From positions 11,842,001 to 11,906,000 of the forward strand of contig JBHGNT010000012.1 in assembly GCA_043228905.1 (NCBI GenBank): a stretch of DNA of 64,000 bases, read 5' to 3'. The notes beneath the pieces are model-generated. The model saw nothing but the letters and a program-made list of their open reading frames with translations, ran no database searches and was not told where the DNA came from. Source of the stretch: Azolla caroliniana (Eukaryota > Plantae > Polypodiophyta). Shown in pieces: positions 12,019 through 24,272 of the stretch. Both the position numbers and the translations under genes were made by a program. Each line of letters starts with the position of its first letter. Positions within the stretch are counted from its first letter, which is position 1.

Positions 12019-14179
12019 CTGGAATGAGGGTATGTCACATACTGTTTAGAGAATACTTTCCGATCAACCTCGAATATAGAGCTTTAAGCTCTATATTTGA
12101 ATCATGAACAGATCATAAATAGAATTAGTTTCTTCTCATTCCAAAATATAAACCATAAAGTAAACGGTAACCAGAAGTGTAAAGACAAATTCAGTTTATC
12201 CGCTGATAATCTAACACAATATTATGAAAGAAAACCATTGCACAAGGAAATTCATCTCTCAATCATGTTTACGTTCAATCTCCTTTACATGATATCCTTT
12301 TCTGAACTCGCAATGCTTTGCATAAACAATATTATCCATGGAACAGTTGTTTGGTGTGAAATCAGCAAAACTGTACCATAGATTCTGATACCATCAAAAT
12401 GTTTGAAATTCCCTTGTTAGTATCATGTTCACCAGTGTTGTGTGAGGAGGAAACATTCGAAACAGCTCCGACCATGAGTACAGATTTGGACAAGTAAAAT
12501 CCTTATAGATGCGAGACTAACTTACTGATGATGTCTCTGTCACATAGTGTCTTTCACTTCAATCGGCCTTGAGGTTAAATTCTTACAGATGCCAGACCGG
12601 CTTGCTGACAATGTCTCTCTCCCACAATATATATCTATCACTTCTATCAGCCTTCGGAATCTCATTTGCTGTCTATTCCACCACCCAGAAGCCATTCCTC
12701 CATTAAAATCCATAAGGTTCTCCATGAAGTCTTCTGTTTATGCCATCACCACCATCCAAAAGGCCTTGCAAAAGAGCTTTTAATACATATGCTGATGATG
12801 ATTTTCTCGTTTTTCATTTAAATATTCCAGTCTGTTATCTACTTAGCCAGCGGCAAGCTCTTCATCAAGGTTAAAGAATTCATAAGGCTCTTCATGAACC
12901 AAGTTTCTGAATGCATGCATGAGGCTATTCACATAGCCTTTTCTAAATGCGGAAGGATCTTTGTGGAACACTTTCTATATGTAAAGAATAGAGTGTATGA
13001 TTCTGTGCAGCAGAATAGGGATGTGTATGTGTATGTGTGAGTGAGATGGAGAGAGAGAGGGAGAGAGTTAGTCGATAAAAGACAGACAAAAAACAAGAAC
13101 ACTGTATTGACAAGAAAAGAACAACCAACAACTACAAAGGAGAGGAGATGGTGTTTATATACCCACCTTCTCTCTACACTCTCTTACTACTTGGGAAAGA
13201 GGTGTAAACTTAACTACCTACCAGCTATGTGTCATAGAAGTTAAGTCTTATGGCACATTAGTTATGTTACATAGTGGTGGTGGTGTGTCCACACACTTGT
13301 AGTCTTACGATGTGTTCACACCATAGGGAAGTTGAGTTTGATTCTCAACACGCCCCTTCAAGCTCAACTCCCAGTCGCTAAAAAGTCGCTTTCATCTTTT
13401 TGGTATCCGGGTCGGCTTCCATGGTCAGCTCTGACTTCGGCTGTGAGAGCTGGTTCAACCTTCTTCCTCCTTTGTTCATTCGGGTCCGTTCTACCTCCTT
13501 TGTTCGTTCGTCTTCATCCAGATTCGTCCAAGTCGTGCTTGATGATGCTGGCTCCTGCTTTCGGCACAGGCCCACTCCCCCTCAAGCTCGGCAAGTCGGA
13601 GGGTGACAAACCAAGATCCAACGTGAATTGCTGCAGCTTGTCGCCTCTTAAGGCTTTGGTGAAGATGTCGACCGTCTGAAGGCTCGTGCCGATAGGTTGC
13701 AAGTCAACATCTCCAACTAGGACACGTTCTCAAATAAAGTGGTAATGCACCTCGATGTGCTTAGTCTGATCATGGAGGCCGGCCTAGTCAGCACCTGTAT
13801 TGTCTATTTGTAGAGGATGTCGTAGTTCATAGTACCACTTACATACCTTAGCACTCGCCTAGCACAATCCAGATGGATGTCGCGAGATGTCTGCATGAAT
13901 TGACTAAGGAGGCCAACCAGATAACTGAGGTCGGGTTGTGTAGTGGTAAGATAGATTAGACTACCGACCAGTTGCCGATTGCGAGTCGGTTCGCACTCTT
14001 CTATTTCAAAGTCGGGATCTAGCTTCAAATTTTGATCAAGAGGGGTTGCCACATATTTGCACTTAGTCATACTGAACTTAAACAGTAAGTTCAGAATGTA
14101 GTGTCGTTGGGAGATCATGATGCCATTTAGGGTCTGAATTACTTCTATACCAAGGAAGTAATGGAGCTCCTTCATATCC

Positions 14180-14417
14180 TTCATTTCGAATTGGCCGGAC
14201 AGGAGCTTCTTGATGTTATTGATATCAACTATGTGCTCTCCTCCAATGACCAAATCGAATTCATTTCGAATTGGCCGGACAGGAGCTTCTTGATGTTATT
14301 GATATCAACTATGTGCTCTCCTCCAATGACCAAATCGAATTCATTTCGAATTGGCCGGACAGGAGCTTCTTGATGTTATTGATATCAACTATGTGCTCTC
14401 CTCCAATGACCAAATCG
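14180..14417. repeat. Perfect 3 x 80-bp tandem repeat inside the Copia RT
   Basis: TCATTTCGAATTGGCCGGACAGG...CAAATCG starts at 14181, 14261 and 14341. Confidence 0.95.
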
Positions 14418-15153
14418 TCGACATATATTATGATGAATAATTGTACTCTGGAGTCGCTCCAAATGAACAGGGAATTGTCAGATTTGGACATTCTAAAGCC
14501 GATTTGATAAGATATTGAGTTATCTTCGAGTGCCATGCTCTCAACGTCTGCTTGAGGCCGTATAGAGGCTTTTTGGGTCGGCAGACCACTTTCGGATGTG
14601 TGCTTGACTTGAAACCGGGAGGTTGTACCATGTACACCTCCTCCTCTAATTCACCTTGAAGAAAGGCGTTCTTAACATCCATTTGATGGAGATGCCATCC
14701 TTTTCTTCTTCAAGCACAATTACGGTCTGAATTGTCGTCATCTTTGCCACCGGGGCAAAGGTTTCTTCGTAATCGATTCCGTATGTCTACGCGTAGCCTT
14801 TGACTACAAGTCAGGCTTTGTACCTATTGACTGTGCCATCAGCATTGTATTTCACCTTATATATCCACCGGCAACCAATTGCTTTATAGTGATGTGAATG
14901 AGGAACAAGGTCCCAAGTTTCGTTCTTGCCAACGGCTTGCATTTCCTCATTCATCGCTTTGAGCAATCGTGGATCTTGAGGGGCTTCAGCAAATCTTTCC
15001 AACTCCCGAACAATCGCCACCTTCATCATAAAGGCATAGTGATATGCCATATGGTTGTTGTAGCCGAATCAATTGACTAGGTTCTTTTCTCGATTGGAGC
15101 AATGGAGTTTTTCATTTGCCGTTGGGAAAGCTTTCTTTGCCCCGGGTGTCCTC

Positions 15154-18100
15154 TAAAAGGAAAAGAGGGATGATTTCCAGGGAGCAGCTATTAAGGGATG
15201 ATGTTCAGCAAACAGAGAGTAGAGACAGATTTTTGGGAGTACCCAACCGCCTTGATTGGTACACTAGAAAAAAAGGTTATTATATTAGTTAACCCTACAA
15301 AGAAAGAGGTGTTCACATTACAAACGGAGGTGTCCTGTCCAGGTGAACAATGTGTTCACATATACGAATAATTACCTAATTTGTGAACTTTACACCTAAC
15401 AACGTCCCACTTAAAGGTCCGATGTGAACATTCAAGTAACTCCCACTAACTGTATGCAATGCTCATGTTGAGCTTTGCCAAGACTTTTAGTGAGAATATC
15501 TACAGGATTATCCTGTGTTTTGATCTTGGTCAATGTGACTAGACCATCCTCCAAAACTTGTCTGATAAAGTGATGTCGCACATCATGTGTTTGGTGCGCA
15601 AATGAAACATGGCATTCTTAGCTAGATACACATCACTCTGGCTATCACATCCTAACACATGAGTACTAACGGACATGCCAAGATCTTCAACAAGTCTGCT
15701 GAGCCATATAGCTTCCTTTGAAGCTTCTGTAGCTGAAATATATTCAGCTTCAGTAGTACTCAGTGCTACAATCTTTTGCAATTTGGAGCACCAAGAAACT
15801 ACTCCACCAGCAACTGTAAATATATACCCGCTAGTAGATTTACGTGTATCCAAGTCACCTGCCATGTCTACATCACAATATCCCTGCAAACTTAATGCAC
15901 CCTTCCCATAGCATAAACATTTTCTCTGTGTACCTTTAAGATACCTGAAAACACACTTGAGAGTCTCCCAATGTGCTTTGCCGGGATTAGACATATAGCG
16001 ACTGACTACTCCCGTTGCATAAGCAATTTCTGGACGAGTAGCTACCATAGGATACATTAGAGAACCACATGCTGATGGATAAGGAATTCCCTTCATAGCA
16101 TTGACTTCCATCTCATCCTTTGGACAATCAGCCTTGCTAAGTTTAAGATATGACAGCAAAGGAACTCCAAGGGACTTTTCTTGTAACAAAAACAACAATT
16201 TGTCCTTTCTGTTTCTACTGATTCTCATGCCCAAAATATGCTCTGCATTTCCCAAATCGTTCATAGAGAAGACCGATTTCAGTTTATCTTTTAGAGCATC
16301 AAGACTAGTATTTCTTTTCCTAGCTAACAACATATCATCCACATATAGAACAAGTATAATGGCACTATCATTGATATCTTTTATCGTGTATAAACAATGA
16401 TCTTCATAGCTACGATCAAATACTTGAGAAAGCATAAAAGTATCAAACTTCTTATACCACTATCGTGGTGCTTGTTTTAGGCAATACAAGCTACATTTTA
16501 GTTTGCATACCAAATGTTCCTTGTTAGGGACTACAAAACCCTCAGGTTGTTTCATGTAGATCTCTTCATCAATATCACCATGCAAAACAGCGGTCTTTAC
16601 ATCCATTTGGTACATCTCCAAATTAAGCATTGCAGTGAGAGCACACGAAGTGCAGTCATCTTCACAACGGGAGAGAAGACCTCTTGGAAGTCAATACCTT
16701 CCTTCTGTGCATAACCCTTGGCAACTAATCTTGCCTTGTATTTTGGTTTCCCTTCAATTTCCTTTACCTTATAAACCCACTTATTTGGAAGAGCTTTCCT
16801 TCCTTTAGATAAGGACACGAGATCCCAAGTATCATTTGCATACAAAGATTTTATTTCTTCTTGCATTGCAAGCTCCCATTTACTGCTAAGTTCACATGAC
16901 ATTGCCTCCTTATAAGTAAGAGGTTCACCCTCATCTGACAGCATGACATAATGCAAAGAGGGGTCATATCTATATACCTACGTACCCAATGATCAATATT
17001 TTCTAGGATCGGTTCTAAATCTGGAGGAAAATCAGTTTCAACACTTTCTGGCCGTTGCAAACCATGTCTAGCATGTTGTTCAACATCTATATTTTGTTCT
17101 TCGGTACCTTCATCTCGTTGGCCAACACCTTCATGATCATCTGTTTGCTGTCCAACTTCTTCTAGCTCAAAGATAACCGGTTGATCATCATATTCAACCT
17201 TTGGAATAGCATCATGAAGTTTATTTTCTGATTTTGTGGATGGCTGTACTTGCTGAAATGTAACGCACTTAGAGTTCCCAACAGAGGAACAAGCATTTTT
17301 CAGCAATTTTTCTTCATTAAAAACAACATCCCGGCTACGTACAATTTTTCTAGACTGAGGTAACCAAATCCTATAGCCCATTTCACCTTCATCACCATAG
17401 CCCATAAAAATGCCCATGGTGGACTTAGCATCGAGCTTGTTTCTCAGCTCACTTCTAATGTGTACAAATGCATCACAACTGAAAATTCGTAAATGTTCAT
17501 ATGAGGCCGGTTTGCCAGAGCAAACCTCCTCAGGGATTCCATTCTTTATGGACTTGTTGGGAGAACAATTACATATATGAACCACGGTTTTTAATGCTTC
17601 TCCCCAAAATTCATGAGGGAGATTAGCTGTGGACAGCATGGACTGTACTCACTCACACAAGGTCCTATTATACCTTTCTGCCACCCCATTTGATGAAGGG
17701 TGGTTATATGGAGCTGTAAGCTCTCTTTTAATACCATGTAAGTCACAAAAGGACTAAAATTTTGCAGATGTAAACTCACCCCCATTATCTGTTCTAAGAC
17801 ATTTCAGTTTTGTCCCTTTTTGGGTAGTCACAAATGCATGAAAAGATTTAAATGCATCACCATTTTTTTTCATCAAGTACACCCAAATCTTCCTAGAATA
17901 ATCATCGATAAAGGAAATAAAATATTCAACTACACCCAAAGATTTTACAGGCATGCTACATACATCAGAAAGCACCAAATCTAGCACATTTGGTTTACGA
18001 GAGACACCACAATAATAAGAATTTCTCACTTCTTTGCCAAATAGACAATCATTACAAAAAACCAGCTTTGATCCTTTAACATCAAATCTTTTTATAGCAG

Positions 18101-19941
18101 AAAGGACTTCGAGTCCTTTTTGGCTCATATGTCCTAATCTCTTATGCCAAAGCTCTAAATGAGAGTCAAATTTAACAATAGCAAGAAACCTTCCGGGTAA
18201 AGCTTTACATTGCAAACAGTAGAGAGTGCCCTTTTTGCAACCTTTCACAATAACCATAGATCCTTTCTTTAGTTTCCACAATCCACCACCGAATAATGTG
18301 GTGTACCCATGCAAATCCATCTGTCCTACAGATAGCAAACTTTTCTTAATGCCAAGCACATATCTAACATCTTTGAGCACGAGCTCTTGACCATTATCCA
18401 AAGACAAGTGTATGGTTCCAATACCATCAATATTGCACGCACTATTGTTACCAAGATAAACTTTTCCATCACTGCCTGCATCAAATGTGGTAAAGCACTC
18501 CAAACATGGAGTAACATGAAAAGAAGCCCCAGAGTCTACTATCCATGTCTGTGTCAATCCATCATCGATTGACAGTAAAGCATCAATAACATCTGTTTTG
18601 GTAATTTGCATGTCTTGAACATGAGCTATGAAGGCATCACCTGTAATACAAAGTACATCACCATCTTCACCAGATAGGTCTTCGATGATAACATTTGACG
18701 CCATATTAGCTTTCTCGGTTGTATTAAATTTATCATCTTTATTTTTCTTCTCTCCTACATTCTTCCTCCTTTCTAGTTCCATCTTCCAATATCTACAATT
18801 GGGTTTCTTATGACCTTTACGGCCACACTGATAGCATGTGATATCTTGTTGCTTTCCTTTCTCTACTCTTACTTCTATTTCTTTGTCCTGCATTTGGGTT
18901 CCTGTCATCATATCTCCCCCTAATATTGTATGCTGAACCACTACCTTCTTCGCTAGATTGTCTTCTAATCTCTTCATTGAGAATAGAGCCCCGCACACCA
19001 TTGAAGGTCAAGTTGGGGCTATTAGATAGTGAAACCACTAATGTTTCCCAAGAATCGGGTAAAGTCATAAGCAGGAAGATAGCTTTGAGCTTGTCATCAA
19101 AATCTGGTAATCCTGAATCTTGTAGTTGGCAGAGAGTACCCGTGAATAACGATAGATGCTCAGTTGCACCTTTCGACTCATCAAGCTTCGTACTGACAAG
19201 TTTTCTCATCAAATGCACCTGATTCACAGGAGTAGTATTCTCGTAAGTTGTCTTAAGTTTCTCCCAAACTTGATGGGCAATAGTCAAGCCTTTTATATCT
19301 ACAAGAATCTCATTAGAAACAACCATTTTAATATATGTAATGGCTTTCTTATTCAGAGTCTTCCAATCATCATTTTCCATGCTCTCTGGTTTCTTTTCCA
19401 CGAGAGCATCTTGACAATCGCTTAGAAAGAGGATGCCCAGCATACGCTCTTTCCACAATTCGAAACCTTTTCCATCAAATCTCTTGATTTCAAAGAGGTT
19501 TTTCACTTCAGTTGAAGTGGAGGCCATTGCTCCCAAGATTTATGACAGATTTCTTCAGAAATTGAGCAGAATACCAATAGGAAAGGGTCTGGAAGAATTG
19601 AAAAAAAACTAGGTTTTCTGCTGATTCTGAATCTAAAAAAAACAGCAAAGCTGAGGAAAAACATTTGGCTCTGATACTAGTTAAAAGGAAAAGAGGGATG
19701 ATTTTTAGGGAGCAGCTATTGAGGGATGATGTTCAGCAAACAGAGAGTAGAGACACAGATTTTTGGGTGTACCCAACCGCCTTGATTGGTACACTAGAAA
19801 AAAAGGTTATTATATTAGTTAACCCTACAAAGAAAGAGGTGTGTTCACATTACAAAAGGAGGTGTCCTGTCCAGGTGAACAATGTGTTCACATATATGAA
19901 TAATTACCTAATTTGTGAACTACAAGCCTTTACACCTAACA
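15154..19941 (-). mobile_element. Full-length but decayed Ty1/Copia nested in the 12980-24020 element
   Basis: LTRs 15154-15401 and 19682-19941; TSD TCCTC (15149-15153, 19942-19946); iMet-type PBS TAGTATCAGAGCC. Gag, zinc knuckle CYQCGRKGHKKPNC, protease DSGASFH, integrase and RT are broken by frameshifts. Confidence 0.93.
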
Positions 19942-21419
19942 TCCTCATGATAGGCACATCAAATTCAGCATACTCACTTTCTCGTGAGTGAGCTGACTCG
20001 TTTCCATCCGATTGGCCATCTTCATATTCCAATATTTTGGCCTTCCCTTTGTCTGATTTTGGACTTGGCCGTGACGTGCTTTGATCGCTTGGAGGCTCTT
20101 GAGGTCCACTCAGCCTTGTTGATATTTGACTATCCTTTGGTGTAGGCCTCAATAGAGTGTCTTCCTCCAAGTCAATGTCAAGGTCGGTCGGAATCAGGTC
20201 GACATCTGGTGCATACTAGGATGCTGATTCGTTGAATACGACATCCCTACTCACACAAACTTTTCGAGTAGTGGGGTTAAAACATTTGTACCCCTTTTGC
20301 TTAAGTGAGTACCCCATGAGGATGCATTTCTCTGATTTTTTATCAAGCTTTTGCCGTTTTGCAAGTTCTTCTCATTCCATGACCCTTACGACCTCGAGGA
20401 TGTGCCGATTCTTCTATTCAACTACTCCGTTCCGTTAAGGTGTGTGTCGGCAAGTAAACTCCCGCCAAATTCCTTCTTGTCGAAGGTATGCTATGAAAGC
20501 GTCGGAGAAGTATTCTTTACCTCCGTCCAACCAAAGACATCATACATGTCGGCCAGTTGCCATTTCAACTCCACTTTTGAATTTTTGGAAGTGTGTGAAC
20601 ACTTCGCTAATGTGGCGCATCGGATAGATCCAGGTGTGTCTAGAAAAGTCGTCGATGAACATGACATAATATTGGGATCCTCCGAATGTTTCCGTCTAAG
20701 CTGAACCCCACATATCTGAGTGGATTACGTCCAGGAGGTCTTTGCTTACGTTTCTTTCTTTCGGAAACGGTTGCCGATATTGTTTGCCGAATTGACAGGC
20801 TGCACATACGCCTTCAATCTCTTTATCCTTGAACATCAAGAGTCCAATGACAACTCCTTTTGATTGCATGCCCTTGAGCTTGTGGAGATTGATATGGCCC
20901 ATCCTTTTGTGCCATAGCTCTATGTCGGATTCGGCTTCATGACCCTTCGCAAACATAGCTGATTTCATCTCGTGAGAATCGAGAATGAACATCCGGCACT
21001 CTCTTTGTCCGTGAGTAATGAGTCATCGTTCCTTCTCAATGAAACAGCCTTCGTGATTGAAATGGACTTGCATGCCTTGTTCCACTATTTGGCTGACTGA
21101 GACCAAATGCTTTATTATGGTCAAAACATGCAAGACGTTTTCGATATACATTCGGTTGCCTTCTTGCCAAATGGTACATTGCCGACATATCATATCGGAT
21201 GAGTGGTGTCATCTTCAGTCTCAACATAGCCAAGTCGATCTGGTTCTCTTAGGTCTCGAAACCATTCTTGATGAGACGTCATGTGGTTCGAGGTGCCTGA
21301 GTCGACAAACCAAACATCTTCTATGTTGGACGTACTAGTCGAACAAGAGGCCGACATAGAGTTTGCCCTATGTCACATCACGAATATTCCGCCATGATTG
21401 TCATAGTCGGAATTTGTGG

Positions 21420-23757
21420 CAAGTTCTTCAAGAGGTGCGAAAGGATCCAAATCTAGCATGCCAATGTATACACCACAACTATACACATCAATTGTCTCAC
21501 GAGTGAATAGATACTTCGCCAGCCCACTCTCCTTAGCATATACATCCTTTGTGCATCCATCCTTTACCTCAAAGCGTAGATATGCATGATCAGCTGCCAA
21601 GCCAATAGGTCTTCCCGATATAGTGAACACTTTTATTTCAGGTATAAGAGATGGAGATCCCATTAGATAATCGACTGTGCTTGCATCCACTTTTGGGTTC
21701 CAACATGTCAAAGCATCTGATCCAGGCCATTGTGACAAGCCATTATATATCACAAATCCATGCACGCTTCCCAAGGCTAGAAAGTTTTTCCATATTCAGT
21801 TATAGCACTCATATCTTGAGCTTGTCGTTTTAGACCAACCTCTTCCGCCATAACTTCTCCATAAACAGCCTCGTTGGTGTTAAATATAGTTGTTTGTTCA
21901 TCCTTGGTTCGTGCATTAAAATCTCCTAATAGTATTATATCCCCCATAGTAGCAAATCTTATGATATCATCATATAGTGGTAGATATGGTGATTCACCTA
22001 GAGGTGCAAACCTTGAGTAGGCAGGTGGAAAGTAGCAAATTGCAATATATAACTCCCTAAGATCCCCTCTTTTTATTCGTATCCACATGTAGCGTGCATC
22101 TACATCCTTATGGACAACATGCACTCTACCATGGAGCTCCTCTTTGTATAGCATAGCCACTCCTCCCGAACCTCTAGTGCTTCCTCGTGTCCGAGGTTGG
22201 GGGCGACATATTGACTCCCATCTATATCCTTGTACCTCAAGGAGTTTGCTAGCCATACATTGGTGAGTCTCTGTATACATAGCAATATTTGTGTTTTTCA
22301 ATGTATCTTCCAAATATCCGACATCTGTCCGTAGAGAGTCGTTGCAATTCCATATGGTCATGCGTAGGGTCTCATAGGCCATATATCGTCATGCGGTTCT
22401 CTTCTCTGTAATAATGACCTTGCCGTCTCTATATACGGCCCATTTACCTTCCTTTCTTGCATCAAGCACTCGTGGCATGTTTTCTTTGCGGTGTGCCACT
22501 TGGGCTGGAGTGAGATCGTCATCTAAGTATATCTTTTCACCCTTGAGTGCCTTTCGTTTAGAGAGGAAAGCTTTTTTCTTGTCAATATCCATGAAGCGGA
22601 TGATAAGGGCTTTAGCTCTAGACTCATCTCTTCCCACTCTCCATGTCGAAGCAAATGGAATATCCGATGCTCCAATCTTTGTTGCGAGATTCTTGGCATC
22701 TTCTTGTGTACTTCCCTTTTCGGCCCAACCAACCACTCGTACATGCAATGCACGAGCTTTCCTCTTGGCTTCTTCTTCTAAAGTAGCATTCATCATTGCC
22801 ATCCTATCCATGGATGTTCCTTTTTGCTTTTTTACTACCTCTATCCAAGGAGCATTTGCTTTAATTTCGTTTTGAGCGTGCTCAACTTGAGCTTTGGCAT
22901 CTTTGGCCATGTCTGCCCATGTTTGCATTTCCTTCGTGACATTGGCTTTCACTGTAGAGATGCATCTTTCCACTACTTCTTGTCCTTTTTCTAAATCCAC
23001 TTTTATAGCTCCTAACTCAACCTTACTTGAGGATATTTTATCCTTAAGGTATTGTGTCATGTCATCCTTGAGCTCTAAGTGTGATTTCTCCACATGGCTT
23101 ATGTCTTTCCACATCTCTTCTAATAATTCAGCCTTGAGAGAGGCATACAATTCTGTTTTCTGTTTCTCTATCTCCTTTTTCATTTCTTCTTTTAGTGCTA
23201 TTTCTATATCTTCTCTAATCGATCACTTGCGCAATCAAATGGTGTAATAAATCATGTTTCCCATTTTCGACATCAAATGGAATGTCGGATGGGGCCTACA
23301 TTCTAGGTGCCTTGTGCGCCCTACTAACGCTATTCGGGGTGCTTCCATCCCGTCGTTTTCGTCTATGATATCTTCTTGGGGTTTTCCATGGATCTGGACC
23401 CTCGTCATGCGTGTTAAGATCCATCTTTTCATTTTCTGTCCATTCAGATTCCATGGTGTCTTAGGACAGTAGGTATAGGAGATGTTGAGGGCAAAAAGAA
23501 CAATATAGATTCTAGAAATTTCTATTGGGCAGAAAGCATAGAGGAACAGATTTGGCAGAAGATACAAGCAATCATATTTGGCAGAAAACGCACAGGATCA
23601 GGCATTGCAGAAAACACAGAGGACAGACATTACAAAAAACGCAGACATACATTCACATCGCAGAAAACGCAAAGGAGAGGACAGACATTGCAGAAAATGC
23701 AGAGACAAAGAGCCAAAACCCTAAATGCAGAGCCTCAGAGAGAGAGAGAGAGAGAGA
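21420..23757 (-). mobile_element. RTEX-like LINE copy A (5' UTR, ORF1, APE endonuclease; 3' part deleted)
   Basis: ORF1 and endonuclease are nearly identical to copy B. The 5' end lies in the (GA)n of the Copia LTR; the 3' side is fused to Copia internal sequence at ~21420. Confidence 0.88.
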
Positions 23758-24272
23758 TAGTTGATACAAGACAAACAAAAAACAATAAAATAACAACCAA
23801 CAACTACAAAGGAGAGGAGAAGGTGGTTATATACCCACCTTCTCTCTACGCTCTCTTACTACTTGGGAAAGAGGTGTAAACTTAACTACCTACCAACTAT
23901 GTCATAGAAGTTAAGTCTTATGACACATTAGTTATGTTACATAGTGGTGGTGGTGTGTCCACAAACTTGTAGTCTTAGGATGTGTTCACACCATAGGGAA
24001 GTTGAGTTTGATTCTCAACATTATATGTCATTCTCATTATGCAAAAGCACATCGAGAGAAAGAAAGAAAGAAAGATATACTAACGTCTTTTAAGAGGCCA
24101 AAATGGCCTATAAGACCGAATAAGAGATTACATCTTAAATGTTTTCTCGTCTTTGAGAACAAATCAAAATAAAGTAAATATTACACAATAAATATAAAAG
24201 TAAATAAGATGAAGAGAAAAGAGACGAGAGAATCTGGTTTTTGGCACATGCGAGATTCTCAAGTTAGGTGTA

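Larger units (their letters stand above)
12980..24020 (-). mobile_element. Decayed Ty1/Copia element in intron 2, carrying a nested Copia and a LINE
   Basis: 3' LTR 12980-13350 and partial 5' LTR ~23737-24020 are similar; candidate TSD CTATA/TTATA; PPT at 13351-13366. RT 13804-15050, integrase region ~20200-21000 (LWHKRMGH..CAACQFGKQ), protease WFVDSGTSNHMT ~21300. Confidence 0.85.

Noticed and set aside
12540-12725. 61-aa ORF in intron 2 as a possible SNARE-motif exon
   Set aside because: No resemblance to a Qc-SNARE motif, and exons 2 and 3 already join in phase without it.
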